Positions 18,261 through 28,031 of a DNA stretch of 64,000 bases are shown here, in pieces (positions within the stretch are counted from its first letter, which is position 1; every line of letters begins with the position of its first letter). The stretch comes from Patescibacteria group bacterium (GTDB taxonomy: Bacteria > Patescibacteriota > Patescibacteriia > JBHPGJ01). The notes beneath the pieces were generated by a model. That model was given only the letters and a program-made list of their open reading frames with translations, was not told the origin of the DNA and did no database searches. Location of the stretch: contig JBHPGJ010000007.1 of the NCBI GenBank assembly GCA_042570545.1, positions 275 through 64,274 of the forward strand. Reading direction: 5' to 3'. Position numbers and translations under genes: made by a program.

Positions 18261-18743
18261 ATGCTGAAACGACTTGTGCTTTGCAGCCTAGTAGCTGCAG
18301 TCTGTATGCTTCTGGTGGGCTTTGCTCACGCGCCTCCAGTCACGGCGTGTGACAATACGGCGTCAACGACGATAGCAGCCGACGACACGGCAATCGTCCC
18401 GGCACAGGCAAGTGCCGACGCCAGCTCCACTTTGACGACCGCCAAGACCAACGGCGAAACCGCGAGATCGTGGGATAATCCGTACAACAAGTGCGACGTC
18501 CAGATCGACGAAGAGACCGGCCAGACCGCCATTCACGGCATGATCCACACGTACACGGCCAACGCAAAGAACAAGGCCCAAGCGACGGTGGACGGAACCC
18601 AAGTTGGAATGGTTCTACTCTCGAATGGCGAAAACGTGCAAGATTGGCGCGTGGCGATGGTGCTCAACTCTGACGAGGGCAACAGGATTCAGGGGTATCC
18701 CCTGAAATTCTCGAACCACTCGTTCTTCATATTGTCGGTGTAG
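18261..18743 (+). CDS. secreted hypothetical protein in a GC-rich island
   Basis: Signal peptide (MLKRLVLCSLVAAVCMLLVGFAHA); codon composition differs sharply from flanking genes. Confidence 0.45.
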   Translation: MLKRLVLCSLVAAVCMLLVGFAHAPPVTACDNTASTTIAADDTAIVPAQASADASSTLTTAKTNGETARSWDNPYNKCDVQIDEETGQTAIHGMIHTYTANAKNKAQATVDGTQVGMVLLSNGENVQDWRVAMVLNSDEGNRIQGYPLKFSNHSFFILSV

Positions 18744-18779
18744 CTCGTCGGAAGTCCCTAAACAGGGAATGTTCACACG

Positions 18780-18818
18780 CCCCCCGAAATATGGTAATCC
18801 AATTTGCTCATCGGGGGG
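18780..18818. terminator. GC-rich hairpin between convergent genes (candidate bidirectional terminator)
   Basis: CCCCCCGA / TCGGGGGG 8-bp stem with 23-nt loop, followed by a T-rich stretch. Confidence 0.4.
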
Positions 18819-18821
18819 GCT

Positions 18822-19634
18822 TTAATTTACTAATATTTTTTTCACTCGCGGCCAGCTATAAGTATTTATTATCCGATTTTTATTAATACCAAAACCTTCC
18901 AGATATTTAATGGCAATCTCAGCATGCTTGATGTCGTTAGTTATATGCTGTCTTATTGGGCGATCGATCATCTCGGGATGAGTATCGGTACCGAAAGCAA
19001 TCAGTAAACGGCTGCGGGCCACCATTTTCAGAACTGACTGGTATAAAGGGTAGTTGATATTATATTCGATGATTTTATTGTACTGCTCACAGGCATTAAT
19101 AATGTCCTGCCAATCACTGTCTGATAACTTGGTAATGAATCTTGTCAGATGACCGATGATATCAACATGCTTGTTTTTTACTACGCCCAAAAAACCATTC
19201 TTAATATTATTTTTTGATAGCCTTCGGGTTGGCCGATGATTTGAAGCTATAACTACATCAAGCTGTTTTAGGACGTCGTCACTGAGACCGACCTGTCCGG
19301 TAGCATTGATAATATTTGTTTCCACTCCGGACATCAGCTTAATGCCTTTAGGATTGTGTTTGCGATTCAATTTGCTTATTTGAAAATGGTGCTCCAGCAG
19401 TTTGTGCGCATCCTCAAAAGAGGCCGGCTTAGTAGCGGTCGGAAACTGGGTATGATTGGTAATGGCAATATATTGATAGCCGAGCTTGTAGGCAATATTA
19501 CCCACTTTAATCATCTCCTTAACCGCGCCGATACCGCAGCCCTTGTGGTAATCAATAAGTTGTCCAGTCTGATGCCCCATCTTACAAGCCGAGTGGGTAG
19601 AATGAAAATGTAGATCGCCTTTAATAATAGACAT
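18822..19634 (-). CDS. PHP-domain metal-dependent phosphoesterase (histidinol-phosphatase-like)
   Basis: N-terminal GDLHFHSTHS PHP motif and downstream His/Asp clusters. Confidence 0.6.
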   Translation of the reverse strand: MSIIKGDLHFHSTHSACKMGHQTGQLIDYHKGCGIGAVKEMIKVGNIAYKLGYQYIAITNHTQFPTATKPASFEDAHKLLEHHFQISKLNRKHNPKGIKLMSGVETNIINATGQVGLSDDVLKQLDVVIASNHRPTRRLSKNNIKNGFLGVVKNKHVDIIGHLTRFITKLSDSDWQDIINACEQYNKIIEYNINYPLYQSVLKMVARSRLLIAFGTDTHPEMIDRPIRQHITNDIKHAEIAIKYLEGFGINKNRIINTYSWPRVKKILVN

Positions 19635-19635
19635 T

Positions 19636-20445
19636 TTATAATTTTATCAGCTGAGCATTACTTTTAATAAAATCTGGCCGACTATTCTTTTTTATTTTAT
19701 CGTAAAGCATAGCCGGAATGCCAATATCGCCAAGAAATATTTTACCTGAATTAATTTTTGCATCTTTTAGTTTAAATAATTTCTTTGGCAAAGCTAGGGT
19801 TAGTGTCGCCCAAGCTTTTATACAAGGTTCATAACAAAAACCAGCAGTGGCCGATATCCCCGATGGCATATCATAAGCTACAATTTTTCCTTTGGCTTTA
19901 TTCATTAGATTAATGGCTACGGCAAAGTCTTTTCTGGGTGCCCCGCTAAGATTATAACCGATAAGCGAGTCGATAAGTATATCAGCATTTTTTATCCACT
20001 GATGTGATTTTTTATTATTAAAGCTGATTATAGCCAGCTTCATTTTCTTAAGCAGTTGCTGGTGGTGTTTGGCATCCGGACTTAACTTGGCAGAAAGCAT
20101 AATGACTTTTATGTTCTTCCAACCATTGTTAACAAGATGTCTGGCAGCACATAAACCGTCACCACCCTTATTGCCCTTGCCGACAACAACCACTATTTTT
20201 ACTTTTTTGCCAATACCAAGCCGTTTAAAAAGGGGGACAATATTAATACCAGCCAATTCCATCATTTGTCTGATCTCCAGTCCGTTATTAATTGCTAGAT
20301 CATCTAGTCTGGCCATTTCCCTGGCAGAAGCGTAGTACATATTGGGGGAATGATTTATTCGGCGATTAATTTTTTCAACTCTTCTACTATTGGCACCAGT
20401 TCTGATTCCAGACCGTATTGTTCGGCGGTGTGATAAGCTAGCCAA
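19636..20445 (-). CDS. nnrE: NAD(P)H-hydrate epimerase (YjeF N-terminal domain); true start probably internal
   Basis: VVVVGKGNKGGDGLCAARHL motif of the YjeF_N family; 5' end overlaps the upstream gene by about 90 nt. Confidence 0.6.
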   Translation of the reverse strand: MASLSHRRTIRSGIRTGANSRRVEKINRRINHSPNMYYASAREMARLDDLAINNGLEIRQMMELAGINIVPLFKRLGIGKKVKIVVVVGKGNKGGDGLCAARHLVNNGWKNIKVIMLSAKLSPDAKHHQQLLKKMKLAIISFNNKKSHQWIKNADILIDSLIGYNLSGAPRKDFAVAINLMNKAKGKIVAYDMPSGISATAGFCYEPCIKAWATLTLALPKKLFKLKDAKINSGKIFLGDIGIPAMLYDKIKKNSRPDFIKSNAQLIKL

Positions 20446-21332
20446 TCGCTAACAACTAGATTACGGAATAGAATTTCAAATTTAGTAGAACCTTGTAGTT
20501 CATAACTAGTTACCGGTAAGCCGCGGTCGGTGTATATTTTTTCAGTCACGGCCATTCGCTTCTTAATAAGAGGATGATCATCAATGTCTTTAAGGAAAAT
20601 AAAGTGGAAATTACTCGAAAGAGATTTGGTTACATCTTTGACATCGAAGCCATTAATCTCGTTGTGATTAAGTTCGGGAAATATATTGTAAAAAGCGGGA
20701 ATTTTACCTGTTTCATTCAGTTTAATCTTCCAGATGTATGCCAAGATACGATTTTTCTCAGAAGCATAAATTATTGGCACTTTATTTTTTAATTTTTCCA
20801 TCAAGTCCTTACCTTCTTTTTCCAGAGCTGGTGGATCAATCAAGGTCACTAATTTACTAGCTTCTTTTAGTCCCTTTTCATTATTCATGGCTTTTAAATG
20901 GGCCATAATGCTGAAGCCAAGGGCAGAACGAGGTTGGATGCCAGTATCCGGTAATTGGATGTATGGAGTACCGTCTTTTTTTGCTATCTCTAATAGTTTG
21001 TGACCGGTTGATATACTAATAACATTTAATCCTTTTTCCCGAGCCACATGATAACCATCGATTGCTTCTTCAGTGCCGCCGGAATATGAACTTGCTATTA
21101 TGGTGGTATCTTTTAATTCTTTATCAGTAACCCTGGTAGGTAAGCTATAATTGCCGTGTACGATTAAAGGTAGTTTTGGATCCCAGACTTGTAACAAGTC
21201 AGCTGCTTGACGAGAACCACCCATGCCGGTGACTAAAAAATTATCTTTCTTTTCATATTTATCAGCATTTACTATTTCTGGCTGGTATGAGAATTGTTTT
21301 GCAAAATCTTTTATTGCTTGATACATACCCAT
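20355..21332 (-). CDS. bifunctional phosphoglucose/phosphomannose isomerase (SIS-domain, archaeal-type PGI/PMI)
   Basis: SIS-domain motifs (FLVTGMGGS..., ASSYSGGTEE); about 325 aa. Confidence 0.65.
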   Translation of the reverse strand: MGMYQAIKDFAKQFSYQPEIVNADKYEKKDNFLVTGMGGSRQAADLLQVWDPKLPLIVHGNYSLPTRVTDKELKDTTIIASSYSGGTEEAIDGYHVAREKGLNVISISTGHKLLEIAKKDGTPYIQLPDTGIQPRSALGFSIMAHLKAMNNEKGLKEASKLVTLIDPPALEKEGKDLMEKLKNKVPIIYASEKNRILAYIWKIKLNETGKIPAFYNIFPELNHNEINGFDVKDVTKSLSSNFHFIFLKDIDDHPLIKKRMAVTEKIYTDRGLPVTSYELQGSTKFEILFRNLVVSDWLAYHTAEQYGLESELVPIVEELKKLIAE

Positions 21333-21392
21333 TTATTATTTCCCCTTTCTGTTGTTGATGTAATTATAATGATACTAATAGCTTTAATAAAA

Positions 21393-22259
21393 TCACATTT
21401 TAATTAACTTATTCCAATCGGCAGCGAATTTATCTAAACCACTATCAGTTAACTCATGCTTAAGATCATATTTATCCCAAGATTGAGAAAAATCTAATGA
21501 TTTAACAGGAATTGGTTTTAATCCACTTGCTGGATATTGATAATCGTTGTCAGGCAGATACCGGTCATTATCAACCCATTCTTTCAGAGCTTTATAAGGA
21601 GCGGTTAAAATATCTGATCTTAGAGCTAAGGCATATTTAAGATGTTCAATACTTCGGATGCTGGCAGTGAGCACCTCAACCGGCGAATTATTTTCCCGAT
21701 ACATGGTGATAATATTTTTAATTAGTTCCATGCCGTCCTCCCCACGATCGTCCAGACGGCCGACAAAAGGTGATAGAAATACGTCGCCTTGATTAGCATT
21801 CTTTCCCATTATTGCCACGGCGGCAGCCTGTTCCTGGGAAAATACCAGGGTTATATTTACTCGCATGCCGGAAGCTAGTGATTTTTCTGCCGCTTTAAGA
21901 CCTTCAGCAGTGACGGGATATTTAATATGAGCGTTAGGTATCCACTGGTATAATTTCTCTCCCTGATTAAACATTTGCTCGGCCGTAGTATTATTGTCAG
22001 CATAAACTTCTAAAGATACCGATCCATTGGGTATCAATCCGGAAATCTCTTGAGCAATCTTTTTATAAAAAACCAGCAATTCTTCTTCTGATATTTTTTC
22101 CCCACGCTCAAAACGTGCTGCAGCTTCAGTATTCTTTACTACCAAGCTAGGATTCGTTGTTTGACCGTCAAGCCAACCTAGTGCCTCAATCACTGATTTA
22201 GTTTCAGCTGGATCACCACTATCAAGAAAGATCTTGGTCTTTAGATCCTTGGGCCTCAT
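21393..22259 (-). CDS. tal: transaldolase / fructose-6-phosphate aldolase family
   Basis: IFLDSGDPAE...TTNPSLV N-terminal transaldolase motifs. Confidence 0.75.
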   Translation of the reverse strand: MRPKDLKTKIFLDSGDPAETKSVIEALGWLDGQTTNPSLVVKNTEAAARFERGEKISEEELLVFYKKIAQEISGLIPNGSVSLEVYADNNTTAEQMFNQGEKLYQWIPNAHIKYPVTAEGLKAAEKSLASGMRVNITLVFSQEQAAAVAIMGKNANQGDVFLSPFVGRLDDRGEDGMELIKNIITMYRENNSPVEVLTASIRSIEHLKYALALRSDILTAPYKALKEWVDNDRYLPDNDYQYPASGLKPIPVKSLDFSQSWDKYDLKHELTDSGLDKFAADWNKLIKM

Positions 22260-22261
22260 AA

Positions 22262-22969
22262 TTATTTTCTCTTACGTTTTTTAATAATAAAATTAGCTGC
22301 CTCTCTAGCCCCGTCAACTAAATGGTAAATATGCTTATCAGCTGGACTGATGGCTGAGAATTTCTGATAGACATCGGTATTGATCCAATTAATTAGAGGA
22401 TTCCAATATTTCTTATGTACCAGCACTATCGGCAAGGGCCGTTTCTTCTTAGTCTGTACCAGCGTTATCATTTCAAAAAATTCATCCAAAGTTCCAAAAC
22501 CGCCAGGAAAAAAAGCATAAGCTTGCGAAGCAAATGACAGAATCACCTTCCGGGTAAAGAAATAATGAAACGATTCTGACTCCCGGACATACTTATTGAC
22601 CCTTTGCTCTTGGGGAAGCTGGATATTGATACCGACCGATTTTCCCCCAGCATCATAAGCGCCATGATTTGCCGCTTGCATCACACCCGGCCCACCACCA
22701 GTTACGATAGTATAGCCCTTTTTCGATAAGTTATAGGCTAAGCGGTAGGCTTTTTGGTAGAGTTTGTGTTTTTCGCCACAGCGGGCAGAACCAAAAATAC
22801 TGACAGTATTTTTATAACGACTGATGAAATCAAATCCCTGCACAAATTCACTTTGGATTTTTAATATACGCCAAGGAGTTACTTCTTTTTCCTTAACAGC
22901 CAATAATTCCTTAATCCGTTCGTCGGTTAATGTGATATCAATTGTTTCTGTTCTTCCTTTTTTGGGCAT
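22262..22969 (-). CDS. LOG family protein (Rossmann-fold nucleotide-binding)
   Basis: VTGGGPGVMQAANHGA and PGGFGTLDE motifs of LOG / TIGR00730. Confidence 0.75.
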   Translation of the reverse strand: MPKKGRTETIDITLTDERIKELLAVKEKEVTPWRILKIQSEFVQGFDFISRYKNTVSIFGSARCGEKHKLYQKAYRLAYNLSKKGYTIVTGGGPGVMQAANHGAYDAGGKSVGINIQLPQEQRVNKYVRESESFHYFFTRKVILSFASQAYAFFPGGFGTLDEFFEMITLVQTKKKRPLPIVLVHKKYWNPLINWINTDVYQKFSAISPADKHIYHLVDGAREAANFIIKKRKRK

Positions 22970-22970
22970 T

Positions 22971-23888
22971 TTATTTTCCCTGGTAGATGTCCATTATTGT
23001 ATTTAAGAAGCTCACCGCTTCATCATGAGGACGCTGGAAAGAATTGCGACCAATGATCGAACCAAAACCACTGCCATCATTGATAGTCCGAACTTCTTCG
23101 AAAACTTCTTCATCGCCCTTTTTGCCACCACCAGAAAAAATTACAATCCTTTTACCGGCAAATGCACTCTGGACTACGTGTCTTACCCGATCAGCCTGAG
23201 TAGATATGGGTACGTTTTCTTTTTCGTATACTTCTTTAGCTTTTTTCTGCTCTAGATGATCGGTTGGTAATTTTACTTTAATGATATGCGCTCCCATTTG
23301 AGCCGCTAAATGTGCCGCGTAAGCAACTACGTCAATCGCTGTTTCACCCTCCTTGCTTAGACTAGAACCTCGTGGATAGGACCAGACGACTAAGGGCAGA
23401 CCAAAATGATGAGCCTCATCTCTGACATATCTTAATTGTTCATACATTGTCCGCCATTTGGCTGACCCGGGATAGATCGTAAAACCAACCGCACTACAAC
23501 CAAGCCGAGAGGCATCCTCGACTGTTGAAGTAAGAGCTGGTATCGGATCATCTTCCGACACTACGGAGTCATGATTGTTTAATTTTAAAATAAGAGGAAT
23601 TTTAGCAGCATATTGGTGAGCAATATGCTTGATGAAGCCGTATGGTGCGGCGTAAGCATTGCAGCCGGCATCAATAGCTAAATTAACGTGATACTCTGGA
23701 TCATATCCGTCAGGATTAACTGCAAAGCTCCGCGCTGGTCCGTGTTCAAATCCCTGATCAACTGGCAGAATAACCAACTTGCCTGTACCGCCTAGTCGGC
23801 CAGACATCAATATCTTAGTCAGATTTTGCTTGACTTTGATGCTATCAAAGTTATAGCCTGAAAGAATATTTTTTACTGCTTCGGTCAT
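22971..23888 (-). CDS. fba: class I fructose-bisphosphate aldolase (DhnA/archaeal type)
   Basis: DhnA-family motifs (ILPVDQG, Schiff-base Lys region GAHIIKVK). Confidence 0.65.
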   Translation of the reverse strand: MTEAVKNILSGYNFDSIKVKQNLTKILMSGRLGGTGKLVILPVDQGFEHGPARSFAVNPDGYDPEYHVNLAIDAGCNAYAAPYGFIKHIAHQYAAKIPLILKLNNHDSVVSEDDPIPALTSTVEDASRLGCSAVGFTIYPGSAKWRTMYEQLRYVRDEAHHFGLPLVVWSYPRGSSLSKEGETAIDVVAYAAHLAAQMGAHIIKVKLPTDHLEQKKAKEVYEKENVPISTQADRVRHVVQSAFAGKRIVIFSGGGKKGDEEVFEEVRTINDGSGFGSIIGRNSFQRPHDEAVSFLNTIMDIYQGK

Positions 23889-23942
23889 AATTATTTAGAT
23901 TAATTATTACAACTTAACTATACCAAAAATCGGTGATTTAAG

Positions 23943-24974
23943 TTATGTTTTTTTGGAAAATGCTTCTTGATGCTTGAGATATTGTTTTACATCAGACTTG
24001 CTGCCCAGTACTAGCGGTACTCTTTGATGTAGTTCGGTGGGCTTGATGTCTAGTATTTTTTCCTGTCCGGTAGTGGCAAGTCCGCCAGCCTGCTCGACCA
24101 GCATGGCCATTGGCGAAACTTCATAAAGCAATCTAAGTTTCGGTTTAAAGGCCTGACCGTCATATGAGCGGGGATAAAGGAATATGCCGCCCTTTAGTAT
24201 TGTCCGATGAACATCGGCCACCATTGTTCCAATATAACGCAAACTGGGACGTCTAGCCTTGGGTAAATTTTTTATCGATTCCAGATAAGAGCGAGTGCCG
24301 TCATCACATAAATTTGTATTGGCTTCATTAAGGCTATAGTATTTACCAGAATTAGGAATTTTAATATCAGGATGAGAAAGCAGAAACTCTCCCACGTCTG
24401 GCGAAAAAGTAAAACCGTGAGTGCCGTGACCGGAACTATAAACAAACATAGTGCTTGATCCAAAAAGGGCATAACCGGCAGCGATTTGCTCCCGGCCTTT
24501 TAGCAGCATTTCTTTCTGGCTGACCGGGCCTGATCGAGAAGATTTTCTTTTATATATTGAGAAGGTAGTTCCGACACTGGCATTGACGTCAATATTTGAG
24601 GAGCCGTCGAGAGGATCAAATAATACTAAATACTTACCCCTGGTATATGGCCGGGGAATTTGAATTACTTTTTCTACCTCTTCCGAGCCCATAGCAGCCA
24701 GGGTACCACTACGTCCCAAAACTTCGCGCATCACTTGATCAGCATATATGTCTAATCGCTGTTGAGTCTCGCCATGAACATTTTGTGATTCTGTTGCACC
24801 GATAATATCGGTCAAACCGGCTTGTCTGATTTCATGGCCGATTGTTTTCATGGCCAATATTAAATCAGAAAGCAGCTTCGTTAATTGTCCCGAGGCATGA
24901 TAAGCATTGCGCTCCTCTTCAATAAAGTGTCTTTGAACCGTTATCAGTTGTGTTGGATCTCGTCTTTCGGGCAT
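23943..24974 (-). CDS. fbp: fructose-1,6-bisphosphatase class 1
   Basis: DPLDGSSN metal-binding motif and GKLRLLYE C-terminal motif. Confidence 0.8.
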   Translation of the reverse strand: MPERRDPTQLITVQRHFIEEERNAYHASGQLTKLLSDLILAMKTIGHEIRQAGLTDIIGATESQNVHGETQQRLDIYADQVMREVLGRSGTLAAMGSEEVEKVIQIPRPYTRGKYLVLFDPLDGSSNIDVNASVGTTFSIYKRKSSRSGPVSQKEMLLKGREQIAAGYALFGSSTMFVYSSGHGTHGFTFSPDVGEFLLSHPDIKIPNSGKYYSLNEANTNLCDDGTRSYLESIKNLPKARRPSLRYIGTMVADVHRTILKGGIFLYPRSYDGQAFKPKLRLLYEVSPMAMLVEQAGGLATTGQEKILDIKPTELHQRVPLVLGSKSDVKQYLKHQEAFSKKT

Positions 24975-26824
24975 TATTTTTTCTTATTAATTTTATTTAC
25001 CTCTTTGATAATCGCTTTATGGGAGATATTCTCGTAATCTAACAACTGTTCTGGCTTACCGCTCGTGGGGATCTTTCTGACCGCCAAATTGGTAATTGGT
25101 ATATTAACTTTAGACAAGACACTGTTTACCGCTTCACCCAAGCCGCCTTCCAAATAATGATCTTCAACCGTAATTATTGCCCTGGTCTCCCGGGCGGCGG
25201 TTTTTAGGGTTTTTATATCAATTGGTTTAAGGCTGTAAAGATCAATCACTCTAATATTAATATTTTGCTTCAATAATTTTTCGTAAGCAGTCAAAGTTTC
25301 GTATAGAGTAATACCCGCGGCCACTACTGTTACTGTGTCTTGTTTTGATTTTCTTAAAACCTTACTACCGCCAACTGGGAAACGGATTCCCGGTTTATAA
25401 ATTATCGGCATAGCCAGTCGAGACATGCGCAGATAGACCATGCCTTTTAATCTGGCTGCTGTTTCAACTAACCGATCAGTAGCTACCGCATCGGCTGGAT
25501 AGAATATATAACAAGTTTGTAATGAGCGAAACATAGCAATACCCTCTAGCCCCATTTGCGAGGGGCCATCTTCACCAATTGATACCCCGGCATGCGATCC
25601 AACGAATTTTATATTAGCATTTGAATACTGAGCCATGCGTATCTGGTCATAGGCACGCGTAAAAAAAGCGGCAAAAGTAGAAACAAAAGGCACCTTGCCC
25701 CTTTGTGCCAAGCCCAAAGCCGTGCTTACCATATTCTGTTCGGCAATGTACATTTCAAAAAAGCGTCTAGGATACCTATCCATAAAGAACTCAGAGCGAG
25801 TTGAGTTTCTTACTCCGGCATCCAGCACCACCATATTTGGATTAGCTGGGAATATTCTGACCAAAGCTTTGCCATAAGCCTTGCGCGTGGCAGTTGGTTC
25901 TTTATATAAAAAGGGTTTGCCGGCTTTTTTCACTTTCAGTTTCTTTATTTTCAATTTTTTTGGCTCATCAATGACACCGCGCACTTTTTTATCTATTGGT
26001 CCCAGAAATTGCAAGGCTTTTGTCAGCTCATTCTTATTCAATGCTTTACCGTGCCAGTCATCCTTATCGGCCAAAAAGGGGACGCCATTACCCTTGACGG
26101 TCTTGGCGATAATTATTGTTGGCTTACCTTTAACGGTCAAAGCCTTTTCATACGCTTTAAGCACTTGCGGTAAAGAATGTCCATTGTTGACGACTATAGC
26201 CTCCCAACCAAAAGCCGCGGCCCGGCGTTGATAAACTGCCAGATCATGACCATACATTGTTGAGCCAGCAATTTGACCTAATCTATTTACATCAACAATG
26301 GCAACTAGATTGTCCAATTTATAATGAGCGGCCAAAGCCATGGCTTCCCAGACGGAACCCTCGGCCATCTCACCATCACCCAATAATACATAAGTACGAT
26401 ACGGTAATTTATCTATATTTTTGGCGTTCAATGCCATTCCTAGCCCCATCGATAGACCCTGTCCCAATGAACCAGTGGCCGCTTCGGTATAAGGAAATTT
26501 CATCGTTGGATGCCCCTCAAATTTGCTGCCGAATTTTCTTAAGGTCATCAATGACTTCTCGGTAATTCTACCGGTAGCAGCCCAGGCGGCGTAAAATAAT
26601 GGCGAGGCATGACCTTTGGAGAAAATTAACCGGTCATTATTATAATAATCAGGCTGATTTAAATTATATTTAAATATGCCGCCATACATTAAACCTATTA
26701 TCAACTCAGCAGCTGATAATGATGAAGTAGGATGACCAGAACCAGCCGTAGTGGTTGATTTTAATATCCAATATTTTACTAATTTAGATATTTCTTCCAA
26801 GTTATTAGTTTCTTTCTTATTCAT
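24974..26824 (-). CDS. tkt: transketolase (full-length fused form)
   Basis: TPP-binding GDGEMAEGSVWEA; HPT...GSLGQGL motif; 616 aa. Confidence 0.85.
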   Translation of the reverse strand: MNKKETNNLEEISKLVKYWILKSTTTAGSGHPTSSLSAAELIIGLMYGGIFKYNLNQPDYYNNDRLIFSKGHASPLFYAAWAATGRITEKSLMTLRKFGSKFEGHPTMKFPYTEAATGSLGQGLSMGLGMALNAKNIDKLPYRTYVLLGDGEMAEGSVWEAMALAAHYKLDNLVAIVDVNRLGQIAGSTMYGHDLAVYQRRAAAFGWEAIVVNNGHSLPQVLKAYEKALTVKGKPTIIIAKTVKGNGVPFLADKDDWHGKALNKNELTKALQFLGPIDKKVRGVIDEPKKLKIKKLKVKKAGKPFLYKEPTATRKAYGKALVRIFPANPNMVVLDAGVRNSTRSEFFMDRYPRRFFEMYIAEQNMVSTALGLAQRGKVPFVSTFAAFFTRAYDQIRMAQYSNANIKFVGSHAGVSIGEDGPSQMGLEGIAMFRSLQTCYIFYPADAVATDRLVETAARLKGMVYLRMSRLAMPIIYKPGIRFPVGGSKVLRKSKQDTVTVVAAGITLYETLTAYEKLLKQNINIRVIDLYSLKPIDIKTLKTAARETRAIITVEDHYLEGGLGEAVNSVLSKVNIPITNLAVRKIPTSGKPEQLLDYENISHKAIIKEVNKINKKK

Positions 26825-27471
26825 ACGTCCTCCGGCGGAAAGTTAATTTCGTTATAGAATTTATTGATAGTATTTTTATAATTATCTGACTTTACGATGG
26901 CACTGCCGATAACACATCGATCAACTCCGGTGGCAACAACCTGATTAATATTTGCAAATTTGATACCACCATCCATACCAACTGTCATTGATGGCATTAA
27001 TTTTTTTAATTCCCTGGCCTTATTGAGAGCTGAGCCGACAAAAAGCTGAGATTGCTTACCCGGTATGACGCTCATTAGCAAGACTTCATTTATGAGGTTG
27101 AGATATTTTCTTATTGACGATATAGAAGTTTCCGGATTGAGAGCCAGTCCTCGCTCATAGGCAAAGGCATCCATGGCCTTGAGGGTAGTGTCAATATTAT
27201 CAGCAGCTTCGGCGTGGAATATAACCCTTTTAGCATCTACAGTTGCGCAATCACTGAAATATTTATCAGGCTTGTCAACCATAAGATGTATTTCAAAATT
27301 AAAATCGTTTATTGTTGCTCCTAAATCAGTAACCTTGATGGATTTGTTAGGTACAAAATGACCATCCATTATATCGATATGAACCCACCCAGTGAGGCCC
27401 TTGAGATTATTTAAAAAATTGTTAAGCTCCGCAGGGTTATCAGTCAGTATGGCGGGAATAATTTCTTTCAT
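26821..27471 (-). CDS. rpe: ribulose-phosphate 3-epimerase
   Basis: HIDIMDGHFVPN and GMDGGI motifs. Confidence 0.8.
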   Translation of the reverse strand: MKEIIPAILTDNPAELNNFLNNLKGLTGWVHIDIMDGHFVPNKSIKVTDLGATINDFNFEIHLMVDKPDKYFSDCATVDAKRVIFHAEAADNIDTTLKAMDAFAYERGLALNPETSISSIRKYLNLINEVLLMSVIPGKQSQLFVGSALNKARELKKLMPSMTVGMDGGIKFANINQVVATGVDRCVIGSAIVKSDNYKNTINKFYNEINFPPEDV

Positions 27472-27920
27472 ATTCTATTTGCTTCGATTCGTTTAACTTT
27501 TCTAAGTCGTCGTCTATGTCTGACAGCTCCGCTAAACTTTGCTGCTAGCCAAGTTTTTGCGATTTTTTTTATCTGACTGACGGGTAGATAGTCTTGAGCC
27601 AGACACAAGACATTAGTGTTATCATCTAGTCGGGAACTCTTAGCATGTTTAACATCGCTGGTAAGGACAGCTCGAACTCCCTTAGTCTTATTAGCGACAA
27701 TACTCACACCAACCCCATTACGACAAATCAGAATCCCGCGAGAATTTTTTATCCGTCCCACTTGTCTAGCAACTTTTTTTGCATAATCGGGATAATCATC
27801 TCTTGAATCGTATTTAAAATTACCCAAATCTTTTAAGTCATAACCTAACTTTAACAAATATGGCCTGAGCAGCTCTTTAGTACGATAACCGCCATGATCT
27901 GATCCGATATATACCTTCAT
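27468..27920 (-). CDS. rpiB: ribose-5-phosphate isomerase B
   Basis: MKVYIGSDHGGY N-terminus; 150 aa. Confidence 0.8.
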   Translation of the reverse strand: MKVYIGSDHGGYRTKELLRPYLLKLGYDLKDLGNFKYDSRDDYPDYAKKVARQVGRIKNSRGILICRNGVGVSIVANKTKGVRAVLTSDVKHAKSSRLDDNTNVLCLAQDYLPVSQIKKIAKTWLAAKFSGAVRHRRRLRKVKRIEANRI

Positions 27921-28031
27921 TGGTGTAATGAGTATTAATTATTCTACTTCATTGTAGCGTAATTGATGTCTAGACGCTAACCTTAATAGTTGACTCTGGA
28001 TAAGAATTTATTAATCGATAAGACTTTGTAT

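Noticed and set aside
18326-18673. Four overlapping 60-79 aa ORFs (both strands) inside the GC-rich islet
   Set aside because: Typical stop-codon-poor shadow ORFs of GC-rich DNA; only the signal-peptide-bearing 160-aa frame is plausible.
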